From NCBI RefSeq assembly GCF_001194135.2, contig NC_068988.1, positions 77,817,957 through 77,872,980 of the forward strand: DNA of 55,024 bases, in the 5' to 3' direction. Positions 1-11,222 of this stretch are shown piece after piece. How positions within the stretch are numbered: the stretch's first letter is position 1; the number at the start of each line of letters is the position of its first letter. The position numbers and the translations under genes are program-made. The notes beneath the pieces are model-generated. The model did no database searches. It saw only the letters and a program-made list of their open reading frames with translations, and was not told the DNA's origin. The DNA is from Octopus bimaculoides. Taxonomy: Eukaryota.

Positions 1-40
<40 letters not shown>

Positions 41-240
41 AATATATATATATGTATGTATGTATGTATCTATTTTTCTATATCTATATATTTATATGTG
101 TGTGAATGTGTGTGCATATATGTGTGTGTATATATAAATATGTACACATATATACATACACACACGCACATGCATACACGTACATGTATGTGTGTGGTTA
201 TATGTCTGTATTTGTGCATGTATGTGTATGTGTATATTAG
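1..240. repeat. (TA)n/(TG)n microsatellite and low-complexity tract
   Basis: Dinucleotide repeats read directly; the overlapping ORFs are compositional artefacts. Confidence 0.95.
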
Positions 241-1379
241 TATGGTCAAATGTTTAAGAAGCTTGCTTTGCAATCAGGTAGTCCAAGATTCTGTGTGATG
301 CGATGACAGAAGATCAATAAGATGAGGAGAGGATGAGGATGAGGAGGTTATGTGTAGAAGCTCCTTCAACTCCTGCCAACACTACATCAAATAGAATTCT
401 GTGTGAATGTTATACCTCAGCAACAGCTGTTATAAATAGCATGAGTGATCATCCTGAACCAATGCAACAGTAATGAATGAACAAAATGCTGAGACCCTTG
501 AAATCACTTCTCAATCGCTTCTAGATTTAGTCCCAACATAGTATAGCATCAAGTCCTTAACAGAGTTTAATGTCTGGCAAAAATTCAGGTCAGTTGACCA
601 GTAAGAAGGTAATAGGTACTAGTCCCCGTGTCCAGATATTGAGTAGGAGGATAACATCTAGCACTGGTTCCTGCCACCGTTTAAAAGGCCATGGACACTG
701 CCTTCTTTGCTCAGACTAAACACATAAGAAAAGATGACAAATGAAACAGAAACCTCAGAACAGTTTAGAGAGTGTCATCTGAATTAAATTATGGAATATA
801 TCTGGTCACATGGAAAAGGCAACCAATTGTGAGCATATTTTAAATATGTATGTGTTTATCCCTGTGTGCATATATGCATATATATGTACAGACATACACG
901 TGTGTGCACGTGTGTGCATTCCTGAAAGGTAGGCACATCATGCTACCTAGTTTGACACTATAACCAAGCCCTTGGGTGATCTTAGAGTTGTGAACTTTCA
1001 GACTGTGTCTCCAGTAGGGTTTTTGCAAGGATCTTTTAATACACCACCACCTAATACATTTCCCCAAAGTACCAAAAATGTAAGTAAAATCCTCTGGACG
1101 ATTTTTCCTACTCTTCTTTCAACTCTTTGCTTCAACTCTAACCCTAATTATTAACTTTTACTCATAAGCTGACCTCACATTCTATTCCACTTGGAAAAAC
1201 AATGATCTCAACTCTTGTCTCCAATCCATCTACAATATCCAGGTTTAGTTCTTCCTTTCAACTTTATCCCGAAAGGTATACTTATATGAATGTCATCCTC
1301 TATCAATTAGTTCTCTCATTTGGATATCAGCATTAATACCTCCCACTTACTCTGTCTCCCTCCCTTGCTTTCTTAATAC

Positions 1380-1640
1380 CTCAAACCACCAATTTTCCTT
1401 TGACAATATCTCCTCCTACATCAAAGGAATATATCTTTCTCCACTCCTTTCCAAAGACAACATCCTTTGGTACTTCAAAACTCACAGTATCTCATGGCTC
1501 TCTCATTCATACCAGCAGGACATAGGCAAACTTTTGCAATCTTCAACTCACTTCATCAACTTGTTTCAAATCCTACACACTTTCCAGATTGACACACATA
1601 CCCTTGACATCCTTGAATTTTTCTCACCTCAAGAACTAAA
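1380..1640 (+). mobile_element. Highly degenerate LINE AP-endonuclease relic (CR1/Jockey-like)
   Basis: Broken frames give 'SWLSHS' and 'FNSLHQLVSNPTHFPD...IFLT', resembling the endonuclease motif 'L.QLV..PT.....LDL.LT'. Confidence 0.45.
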
Positions 1641-1689
1641 TTCTCTCAAAATATAACTGTCTCTATGAGTGTCCAAGTACTGCCTCACT

Positions 1690-2040
1690 GCAACCACCCA
1701 ACACCTATGTGTGGCATAGAATACGGGGCAGATCTCAGACTCATCCTCACAAAACTCAACGTGCACATCGAACCCAGACAGCAACCACAAGGGAAGCTAG
1801 CAAACAAGCAACTATACATCAGTAAATTAGAACAGCCCAATGTGAAACAGAACGTCAGTGAGAGCCCAGAAACCAAGTTGAGCCAACTCAACGTTGGTAC
1901 AAAAGGAGCAGAAGAGGAGTGAGCGAAGTTCAGAGATGTGGTGTACAACACTGCATTCAATCATCTGGTCCAGAACATATGTAGATACTAAGACTGGTTC
2001 AACAACAATGAAGAAATTCAGAAGCTGCTCATTGGTAGAT
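1690..2040 (+). mobile_element. RTE/BovB-like LINE fragment (endonuclease-RT linker)
   Basis: 'MCGIEYGADLRLILTKLNVHIEPRQQPQGKLANKQLYISKLEQ' aligns by eye with 'ICGAECWTDHCFVVFKPNLRVQPKRRPQNRKAPKYLNISKLKD' of the 16-20 kb element; it continues '*AKFRDVVYNTAF'. Confidence 0.8.
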
Positions 2041-2852
2041 TAAATAGGCTAGATAATAATACACAAGCTTGCCTGTATCCTTTCTCCATTTTAAATTCTG
2101 ATATTTTTCATTGTTTAGTTCTTGCCACAGTCATTACTATATATTATTAGATCTAAATTGTAGTCATCTAAAGCATAAAATATCTCTACTGATATTTCAT
2201 CTGCTCCACTTGTTTTTCTATCTTCCATTGACCTTATGGCCCTCTACACATTTTTAAAAAATTTTATTTCCTCTAACAGATTTGAAACTGAACATAGGCA
2301 GCAATACACTGGTAGTAATTCATCTGACAATCACACAGCAAATTTGTCATGTGCCAAAGTAGGAAATCAATTTAAGCAATAATGTGAAATACAGAGCAGA
2401 TTGCCAGATAACAAAGGAATATAGACAAGGTTGTAATTGCATCATCAGGGTTACAATGTGTAGGAGCAGATATGTCATTTTTTATCAGAATATATTTGGG
2501 CCTTTTGTGAATGTGATAAAATGCATGGTAGTTCTTTGAATGAAAATTATCTCAGAACAAGAATAACTTGCATCATTCATTCCTTTTCTTACAAATGCAT
2601 GAGAATATGTGGATGAAAGGGTAAACATTCTGTAACATATCTCTCTTCTTCAGCATTCAATAACTGATTTCTCCAAGAACAACGCAGCATAATTTTTGAA
2701 GAAGCAAAAAGGGACAAGTAGTTTGCACTTGTCATTGATTTATCCCCCATCTGCTGTATCATTTATCAATATATATCTTCCAACCTTGTAACATGTCAGA
2801 CATACCTATAGTTCTCAAAAGTATTTTGTCATGGGGTGTCAAAATGGAAGAG

Positions 2853-2906
2853 ATTTACATTATTTACATTATTTACATTATTTACATTATTTACATTATT
2901 TACATT
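2853..2906. repeat. (ATTTACATT)6 tandem repeat at the tip of the inverted PLE terminal repeat
   Basis: Six exact 9-bp units; three degenerate units (AATGTAAAT-like) in the 3' copy at about 4320-4346. Confidence 0.95.
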
Positions 2907-2939
2907 CGACGGATATCTATCCTCATCTTGTTCGTTGTT

Positions 2940-2984
2940 AACACAACGTTTCGGCTGATATACCCTCCAGCCTTCTTCAGGTCT
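2940..2984 (-). ncRNA. Minimal type I hammerhead ribozyme motif (inverted PLE terminal repeat copy)
   Basis: Minus strand: GAC-CUGAAGA-A-GGCUG-loop-CAGCC-GAAACGUU-GUGUU; core intact, stem I shortened relative to the other copy. Confidence 0.7.
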
Positions 2985-3087
2985 TGGGGACATTTTGAAC
3001 GTCGGTTCTTATTCCTAAGGTATTTTTCGATGCTATTATTATTATTATTATTGTTCAGGTCACTGCTTGGAATCGAACTTGGAATCT

Positions 3088-4070
3088 TGGCTACGATATG
3101 TTGATGACACCTTTATACTCTGGCCCCCACCAGGAAGATGTCCAAGTGCTGTTCGGTCATGTGAACTCAATAAAGTCATCCATACAGTTCACAATGGAAA
3201 AGGAAATAGACAATCAGCTNNNNNNNNNNTGCTGTTCGGTCATGTGAACTCAATAAAGTCATCCATACAGTTCACAATGGAAAAGGAAATAGACAATCAG
3301 CTAGCATTCCTGGATGTATTAATAACATGCACCAAGTATGGATTCAGGACATCAGTATACTACAAGCTGACCTTCACTGGACAATATCTCAACTTCAATT
3401 CCCACCATCCATACAGTGTAAAGAGAGGGATTGCTCAGTGCCTAAAAGAATATAAGTAGCGATTGTGATACACACCACAAAGAAATGATCAAGTTCAGTA
3501 ACAATCTGTTAAGTAACAACTACCCCCAAAATATACTATCTACTCCAATTATGGAGAAGAGAGAGGATGAGGCCAATGAACTGTCCACAGTCTGTCTACC
3601 CTATGTGAAAGGCCTCTCTGAAAAGATACAAAAGATATGCAGCCCATATGACATGAGGACAGTGTTCAAGAGCAATACAACACTTCGCAAATATCTCCTT
3701 TGAGTAAAACCACCAATAGAAGAGAATATGACCAAAAACTGCGTGTACTCCATCCCATGCAGCTGTGGTAGGTTATACAAAGGGGAAACATGTCACCCCC
3801 TCAAAATAAGGGTAGACGAACATTGCAAAGCTGTGACACAAGGAGATATTGATAAATCGGGTATAGCTGATCATGTATCCAAAAACGGAGACCACTATGG
3901 GATGAAGTTAAAATAATAGACAGAGAATACCACCGGAAAATACGAAAACTAAAAGAAGCAGCATATATGCTAGGACACAACAACCTCCTAAGCAGACTGA
4001 GTGCAGATATGAGTAGCATATGGGAACTGGTATTAAGGAATGATAGAAAAATATTAGATTTATAAGCCCT
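3088..4070 (+). pseudogene. Penelope RT C-terminal half plus GIY-YIG endonuclease, disrupted
   Basis: ORF track pieces 3067-3459, 3485-3703 and 3728-3916; frameshift in CCCCCAC near 3124; several stops; a 70-bp duplication across the N gap is probably an assembly artefact. Confidence 0.88.
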
Positions 4071-4084
4071 AAAATTCACTCCAT

Positions 4085-4150
4085 GGGCATATGGTGTAGT
4101 GGTTAAGAGTGCGGGCTACTAACCCCAAGATTCCGAGTTTGATTCCAAGC
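4085..4150 (+). promoter_or_regulatory. tRNA-like sequence with Pol III A/B boxes inside the PLE terminal repeat
   Basis: A box TGGTGTAGTGG 4092-4102, 7-nt anticodon-like loop CTACTAA, B box GAGTTTGATTCC 4135-4146; the cloverleaf is not intact. Confidence 0.65.
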
Positions 4151-4240
4151 TTGATTCCAAGCAGTGACCTGAACAATAGTAATAATAATAACATCAAAAA
4201 GTACCTTAGGAATGAGAACCCAGGTTCGAAATGTCTTCAA

Positions 4241-4286
4241 GGCACTTGAAGAAGGCTGGAGGGTATATCAGCCGAAATGTTGTGTT
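4241..4286 (+). ncRNA. Minimal type I hammerhead ribozyme motif (3' PLE terminal repeat)
   Basis: GGCAC-UUGAAGA-A-GGCUG-loop-CAGCC-GAAAUGUU-GUGUU; stem I GGCAC/GUGUU, stem II GGCUG/CAGCC; carries C3U and a C-to-U change in stem III. Confidence 0.7.
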
Positions 4287-5178
4287 AACAACAAATAAGA
4301 TGAGAACAAATATCCGTCAAATGTAAATAATGTAAACAATGTACATAATTCCTCATCTCTTAGATATAGAACTGTGGAAGAGATTTGTTTAAAATTCTAC
4401 TTGTGTCTCTTGTTCCTTTCTTTTTTCTGGGGAAGAGGCAAGACTTTAATGAGCAAATTTATGATAACATTATTTTCTGAATATATTAAATGTCATTAAA
4501 TATATCAATAGAATAAATTTATGAATATATTAACTACTATATTAGTGATTAACATTTTAAAAATATGCACCATTTCAAAAGTTGATTTGTAATAAAAATC
4601 CACTGGCATCTCCATATATTTCTAGTAATGTTCATTGTTTTTAATCACACACAACAATCTGGAATGGAGGTTTTATTTGAAAAGACATTAACTAGTGTGG
4701 TGCTGCCTACTTTGTTCAATACATGGATTATAGCTATAATACAGAGCGACCTACTTCCTTCAGTACATGGGTTATAGCTACAATATAAAGCTATGTATTT
4801 TTTTGGAGGTTTCTAAATTATGAATTAATAATTTAACTTGAAGACAGATAAAGATGTAACATAAGCTTGACTATTTACTTTTTTTTTTATATATTACAAT
4901 TCGTAAACAATAGCATGTTTGGTTACAGGATCTCAACAAACCAGTCACTTCCAAATGGGAATAGTGTCAAAGGAGTGTCTGAAATTAGCGCAATGGGTTG
5001 TGTCATTATTGATGATTTGTATAAATGTCTAATATCTCCAAATTTCACCCTCAAACAGTAATTTTTTATTAGTTTCAGCCATTGGACTGTGGCCATGCTG
5101 GATGATGTTCTAATTATACATATATCTCAATTCACTTTGCTGTCAACAGGATTTCCTGATGTTTACCACCTTCATATG

Positions 5179-5330
5179 TACGAAGGTCATCTGAAAAGTT
5201 CATAGGTTGACCAAGATACTCTCATAGAATCTGACCAAATGAGGTTTATTTTTCAACATAGTCCCTCTTGCTTTCCATACACTTCTTCCATTGATGTTGC
5301 AGTGCTTGGTTCTTATTGGTGAAGAAGATT
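5179..5330 (-). mobile_element. mariner 3'-end fragment
   Basis: Minus-strand 'LQHQWKKCMESKRDYVEK*' matches the mariner C-terminus; the end reads TACGAAGGTCATCTGAAAAGTT, like a mariner TIR. Confidence 0.7.
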
Positions 5331-5362
5331 TCATCCTGTTGGTGTGCAAATGCACATAAAGA

Positions 5363-5415
<53 letters not shown>

Positions 5416-6254
5416 TGGGGGGTAATATATAATATATATAATCTTTCCATGAAATTCCAGCTCATGCTATCAGAATATTATAGATGTTTTAAGTAGCTGC
5501 AAAAGCTTTTAGAAAGATATCTCCTAGATAAATACAGTAATATGATAATTTAGTTCTAAAATAATATATACCTTATATCAGTAATAAGTATTAGCAGTAA
5601 ATTCAGGCACTGTGGTAATTCTTCTAGAGTTATTTTAGGAAAAATAGTTTGAAGTGTCTACTTAAGATGCTATATTTTTATATCTAACTGAGTCAAAGAA
5701 GTTATCATTCCACTCAATTACACTTCGGTTTGGTTTTAAACTTTGAAGTCTGTTAAACAATCTGTTCTAATTTCTTTTTCGTTTCTTTGGCTTCACTTCT
5801 CTGCTTGGTTAAACTGGTTAGAACTTCTTAGTCATTATTATGTATTCTTATTAAATTAAAAGGGAAAGCAAATTAGCCAATACAGGCAATTCTTTGCATT
5901 GAAAAATGGATGAAGAATGACTGAAGGTCAATAACAATTTCTAAATTCTCTAGTTAATTCTCCATAAAGTCAATAGAATTAACAATTTCTTTGAAATCTG
6001 GCCTTTTGTGATATTATCAAGGAATTTGGAGTAAAAAGTTATTTCTGAAAATTACTGTCTATTTATATTTGTTACAGAATAAAGTGTCTGAGGTGTTCTT
6101 TATGTAAATCCAACTTTTATTGTTATTTGCCTTACTGCTGTTTCACCTTAGTTTTGTCCTGATTGAACCGACTACAAATCAAAGACATTCAATCATCAGT
6201 GTGTTCATTTGTATAACAAACAAATTTAATTATTCATACCTGTTTATCTCTTTC

Positions 6255-6500
6255 TTCACTCTCTCTCCCTCTCTCTCTCTCTCTCTCCCTCTCTCTCTCC
6301 CTCTCTGTCTCTCTCTCCCTCTCTGTCTCTCTCTCCTTCTCTGTCTCTCTCTCCCTCTCTGTCTCTCTCTCTCCCTCTCTGTCTCCCTCTCTGTCTCCCT
6401 CTCTGTCTCTCTCTCTCCCTCTCTCTTTCTCCCTCTCTGTCTGTCTCTCCCTCTCTGTCTCTGTCTCTCCCTCTCTATTTATATATAGTGAGAGAGAAAG
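6255..6500. repeat. (CT)n/(CTCTGT)-type polypyrimidine microsatellite
   Basis: Read directly. Confidence 0.95.
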
Positions 6501-6564
6501 AGAGATGAACATGGGCGAGGGGACAGAGTAAGGGGAGGGTCATAGTGCTACTAAGAACAATGAT

Positions 6565-6597
<33 letters not shown>

Positions 6598-7045
6598 AAT
6601 ACAAATGCATGTAAAGATATACATCATAGAAGAACAGAATGGACTAAGCAGAGCAGGAGCACACATGAGGGTGGAAAGTATCGCTGAAGAGGTCACAGAT
6701 TTGTGATGAAAGATTTCTGGACAATGGACATGATTTAAAATAAGAACAGTTATAAACAAGTGAAGAACAAATATATAATGTGTATATATGAAACAATATT
6801 TGTTTTAACACATAAAGAATCTTGCAACACAAATTCATATATATATGTATGCGTGTGTTAAAACAAAGAGTGAATTTTATGGTATCATTCTTAATTCTGC
6901 AGTTACTATTGTTTCAGTGCAACATGGGAAATACATTATATGAACATACATACAAATATTAATAATAATATGAATACAGTGAATTCAAGATACAATCATG
7001 TGTGTATCTATCTATCTATCTATCTATCTATCTACTTAGCTATAT

Positions 7046-7084
<39 letters not shown>

Positions 7085-7193
7085 CATACATTACTTAGTA
7101 CCCATATACATTTCATCAAACTGAGTTTCAGAAAAATACATTTAACATTTGGGATATTGCCAAATATATAGTACTAAGTTTATTTTTTGTGTA

Positions 7194-8445
7194 CAAGGGT
7201 TGGACAAAATAAGGGAAACACCTAGCATCAGAACATCGTAATTTTGAAATATCTATAAAACCATCAAAAGCTTGTTTATTTTTATGGTTTTTGATTTATT
7301 ACTAGTGTTGCTTAATATGTTTTGCTAAAATTGCTGTTTGTTTTCAGACATCATCAAAAAAAGTTAATTAAAATTAACTAAAATAAAAGATCTATCAGAC
7401 TTTCAAAGAGATCAAATTGTTGGTGCTCATATGGCAGATGCTAGCATAATGAAAACAACTGAAATGTTTGGTGTATCAAGAAGTGCCATCTCAAAAGTAA
7501 TGACAGCCTTTGAGAAAGAGTGAAAAACCTCCTTGTTGAAACAAAACTCTGGAAGAAAACCAAAACTTTCAGATAGGGACTGTCGGTTTCTTACGTGAAT
7601 TGTTAGAAAGAATCATAAAGGTACAGCTCCCAAAATTACTGCAGAGCTTAATGACCACCTTGAGAAACCAGTTTTCACAAGGTGGGATTTCATGCAGAGG
7701 CTGCAATCAGAAAACCACTACTTTCAAAAACAAACGTTGCAAAGCATTTAGAGTGGAGTAAAAACCTACAGAATTGGTCCCTAGAGCAGTGGAAGAATGT
7801 TATTTTCTCGGACGAGTCATCCTTTACCTTATTTCTGACTACCAGCCGAGTATACCTGTGGAGACAGCCAAAAGAAGCACTTGACCCAGACTGCTTTCTT
7901 CCAACTGGTAAACATGCAGGAGGATCTGTGATGATTTGGGGGACTATATCTTAGAAATCTGCTGGCCCACTGGTTTGGTTTTCCTTCATGGCAGAATTAA
8001 TAGTCAAAATTATTTAAGCATTTTTCTGATCAAATTCATCCAACGGTTGCAGAACTGTTTCTGGAGGGAAACACAATCTTTCAGGATGATAATGCAATAA
8101 TTCACACAACTAAAGTTGTTACTGAATGGCATGAGGAACATTCTAGTGAAGTTGAACATCTTATCTGGCCACTACAGTCCCCATATCTCAATATTATTGA
8201 AAAACTATGGTGCATTTTAGAAAAACAAGTAAGGAATCGATATCATCTACCATCATCACTACAAGAACTGGAGACTGTCTTTGCTGAAGAATGGACAAAA
8301 ATTCCTTTGGAAACAATTCAAACTTTGTATGAGTCCATACCTTGTATAATTCAAGCTGTAATTACTGCCAAAGACGGTCCTATCCCATATTAAAATAAAT
8401 TTGCTTGAAATTTTAAGGTGTTTCCATTATTTTGTCCAGCCCCTG
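7194..8445 (+). mobile_element. Tc1-like DNA transposon with a DD36E triad (Incomer-type), full length, transposase disrupted
   Basis: 30-bp TIRs (27/30 match), TA on both sides (7192-7193, 8446-8447), 1252 bp. Motifs 'VIFSDESSF', 'KHAGGSVMIWG' and 'FQDDNAIIHT...WPLQSPYLNIIE', with 36 residues between the second D and the E. Confidence 0.9.
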
Positions 8446-8980
8446 TATACGTAATTTTCTTGATTGACGACTTTGATTTTTTCCTTTCTCTGAAGTTATG
8501 ATCTTGCAGGTAGTCATGTTGATGGGTAGGCATATTGAATAAATTTAAATTCGATTTGCTTGAAAATCTTTGTTTGTAAACTGTTTAGTGCAGATATTTA
8601 AGTGAGAGAGAGAGAGAGTTGAGGTTATAGAAAGGAAAACAAATTTAAAACTGTTCAATGACAATTTTAATTTTAAATTGTTTGTTCTAAACTTTCCCTC
8701 CAAAAGCACAAGAGTATTTTGGGACAAATTGGCCAGTGACAAATTGACCTGGTGATGAATTAATCAATGACGAATTGTTGACTGGCGACAAATTAATTGA
8801 CGATGAAATAAATACGGATGAATTGTCCCAGCACCATATATATTAATATATATATATGTAGAGACAATGATTCAAATAAATAAATAAAAACCTCAGGTTT
8901 TAATGTACAAAATATATATACATGTATAAAGGTAAAAAGAGCAGGTGGAGTTAAAATTTTCAAGTGATTAACAATCAAGA

Positions 8981-9132
8981 GGCTGTGTGGTAAGAAGCTT
9001 GCTTCCTAGCTACATGGCTCTGGGTTCAATCCTACTGTGACACTTTGGGCAAGTGTCTTCTACCATCGCTTCATGCTGACCAAAGCCTTGTGGGTGGATT
9101 TGGTAGACAGAAATTGATAGAAGCCTATCATA
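8981..9132 (+). mobile_element. tRNA-derived SINE
   Basis: GGCTGTGTGGTAAGAAGCTTGCTTC...GGGTTCAATCC head, then the 'GGGCAAGTGTCTTCTAC...GGATTTGGTAGAC' body seen many times in the window. Confidence 0.8.
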
Positions 9133-9285
9133 TATATATATATATATATATATTTGTAAATTTATGTCTGTGTATGTACCTTTAAACTATACTATTTTTA
9201 GTAATTTATAATTAAACAAAAATAAAAACAAAAATACTAGCACCAGTTCAACATAAACAAAATATGTGTGTGAGTGTGTGTGTGT

Positions 9286-9412
9286 GACAGGCTTCTTTCA
9301 GTTTCCAGCTTAGCCAGGGGTTATAGTAGAGAATATTTGCCTGAAATGCCATGAACCAAAGACCACATGGTTGGGAGGCAAGCTTCTAAACTACATAACC
9401 ATGCTTGTGCCT
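9286..9412 (-). mobile_element. Degenerate SINE, same family as 8981-9132
   Basis: Reverse complement of the head and body motifs, with internal deletions. Confidence 0.65.
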
Positions 9413-9504
9413 TCCTGTACAAAATATCTGAAATTGTCACCAATGTATACATATCTTCTGATATGATCTTTTCTGCACAACATTCTTGAAACTGTTGCCT
9501 ATAT

Positions 9505-9960
9505 ACATCATCAGCATTATCATCAACATTTAATGTCAATTTTCCATGCTGGCATTTGTTGGACAGTTTGATTGGACCCAGCAAGCTGTTGTGTCAGCTT
9601 TGGTATGTTTCCTATGTTTGGATGCCCTTCCTAACATCAACCTCTTCACAAGGTATACTAGGTGCATTTTTGGGATCACTGGCACTGGTGAGGTCACTAA
9701 GTAACTTGTTAGAGAAGAAAAGAAGACGAAAAGGATAAAGGAAAAAGCTCCTTGACTACGGGAGGGAAGTGGTGGCTTTTATGCTAGATGTTGAGAAGCT
9801 AAAGTATGATAGAGGGACAAATTCATGTGTCTTGCTATTGAGAAGATACATGGCTACTCTGCATTATATAAAAGTGGGTGAGAGTAGCTGGAAAGATGAC
9901 AAAGATAATGGCAACAAGATACCAGAGCATCTCAAGATACAAGAAGGTGAATATAAGAGA
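9505..9960 (-). mobile_element. Degenerate RTE 3'-UTR/tail-derived repeat
   Basis: (CAT)n-TTTAATGTC...TTCCATGCTGGCAT...TGGATGCCCTTCCTAAC, similar to the tail at 27341-27520. Confidence 0.6.
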
Positions 9961-10919
9961 GGCTACAGACACTGGATCAGTAAAAAGATGGGTCACTTTC
10001 ATAAAGTGTGAGGGAAGAGTAAAAGATGGTTAGAGTTACAGGTATGGCTGGTTTTAAGCCAAATTAGACAGTTTTATTCAATAAGACCCCCCACACCAAG
10101 AGAAGGCCCCGTGCACATGCTCAATTTGTAATAAAACATTTAAACTTTCATATGAGCTTTCAGTTTTTAATATATCATTGTGGATCACAGAGGAGCCATA
10201 AGCCCTCAACACTTTGTGGCTGGGGTAGACATACTACAAATGCATAAACCATCAATCTTTAGCTTTTTTAGAATAGAGAACCCCACTGACAATTCTCTAA
10301 TTGGGCTCTGGACTTCCTAGCACCAGCCCTGGTTACTGATAGAGGTGAATGTAGTGAGTGAGGAAACTAATTGTGATTGAAAGGAAATATCCATATAGAG
10401 TAGAGATAAGTTAAGAGAGATAGAAGTGACTCAAGAAGAGAGAGAGAGAGAGCACTGGCTGAGGGTGCAAATAGGATGTGACTGGTGCAAATAGTATGGG
10501 AAGGGATGATAATAAGAATGAGAACTGGAAGTGGTTCCAAGGAGGAAGATAATGGTAAGCACAAAGAAAGGTGGAGGATGCACCCAAATCCATTGTCTCT
10601 CAAGATGCCTACTATACTATATTGATCTCAAGAGGTTACAGCAGCACAGTAGTACCCTAGATAGAAGAATGATGAGTGTTACATATATCTTATAGGAAAT
10701 AAAATGAAAAATAATACAGACAACAGCATGTTCAAGAGAAGCAGGGAACAGGTTAATGTTCTTACTGATCTCATTCAGAGTAAAATTGAAAATAAATCAC
10801 TAAATATTTAGGGATAAATCTTGGAATATTCTACAATTAATTGTGTCGTATAACAGGTAGAGTTATAAACACACTAGTAGCATGAACATATTAGAACAAA
10901 TCTATAGTGTTCTACAACT

Positions 10920-10962
10920 ATCACCGCCACTGCCACCGTCACCATTGCTGCTGCTGCTGCTG

Positions 10963-11000
<38 letters not shown>

Positions 11001-11178
11001 ATCGCTGCCACTGCTGCCACACCAACATCTCTGCCACCACAACTGCATGAAACTTATGTTTAACTGGTAGCTTGTCCCCTGTTACTAATTAATGCTGTGT
11101 ACCCTGACCATTAAATATATTTTTTATAAATGTTCACTGACAAGCAGTAAAGTGGGAAATTGTTGTTACACTACACTT

Positions 11179-11222
<44 letters not shown>

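Larger units (their letters stand above)
2857..4374 (+). mobile_element. Penelope-like element, 5'-truncated, with an inverted copy of its terminal repeat at the 5' end
   Basis: RT motif WLRYVDDTF (3088-3114), 'IQFTMEKE..LAFLDVLI', 'YLNFNSHHP', 'LPYVKGLSEKI' and GIY-YIG 'CVYSIPCSCGRLYKGET'. 2857-3090 is the reverse complement of about 4124-4340. TGGAAGAGATTT flanks the insert at 2845-2856 and 4375-4386. Confidence 0.92.

Noticed and set aside
2594-2765. 57-codon minus-strand ORF (MIQQMGDKSMTSANYLSLF...) ending near a GTAAGA donor-like site
   Set aside because: No recognisable domain, weak acceptor and no partner exons; within chance expectation. RNA-seq or tblastn would be needed.
3149-3302. 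70-bp direct duplication inside the Penelope RT
   Set aside because: The identical copies flank an N gap, a typical scaffolding overlap artefact. The same pattern occurs at about 12670-12908, 36770-36990 and 49700-49810.
4706-4793. 44-bp degenerate tandem pair (CCTACTT..TTCA.TACATGG.TTATAGCTA)
   Set aside because: Only two units and no spacers; not CRISPR-like, just an ordinary local duplication.
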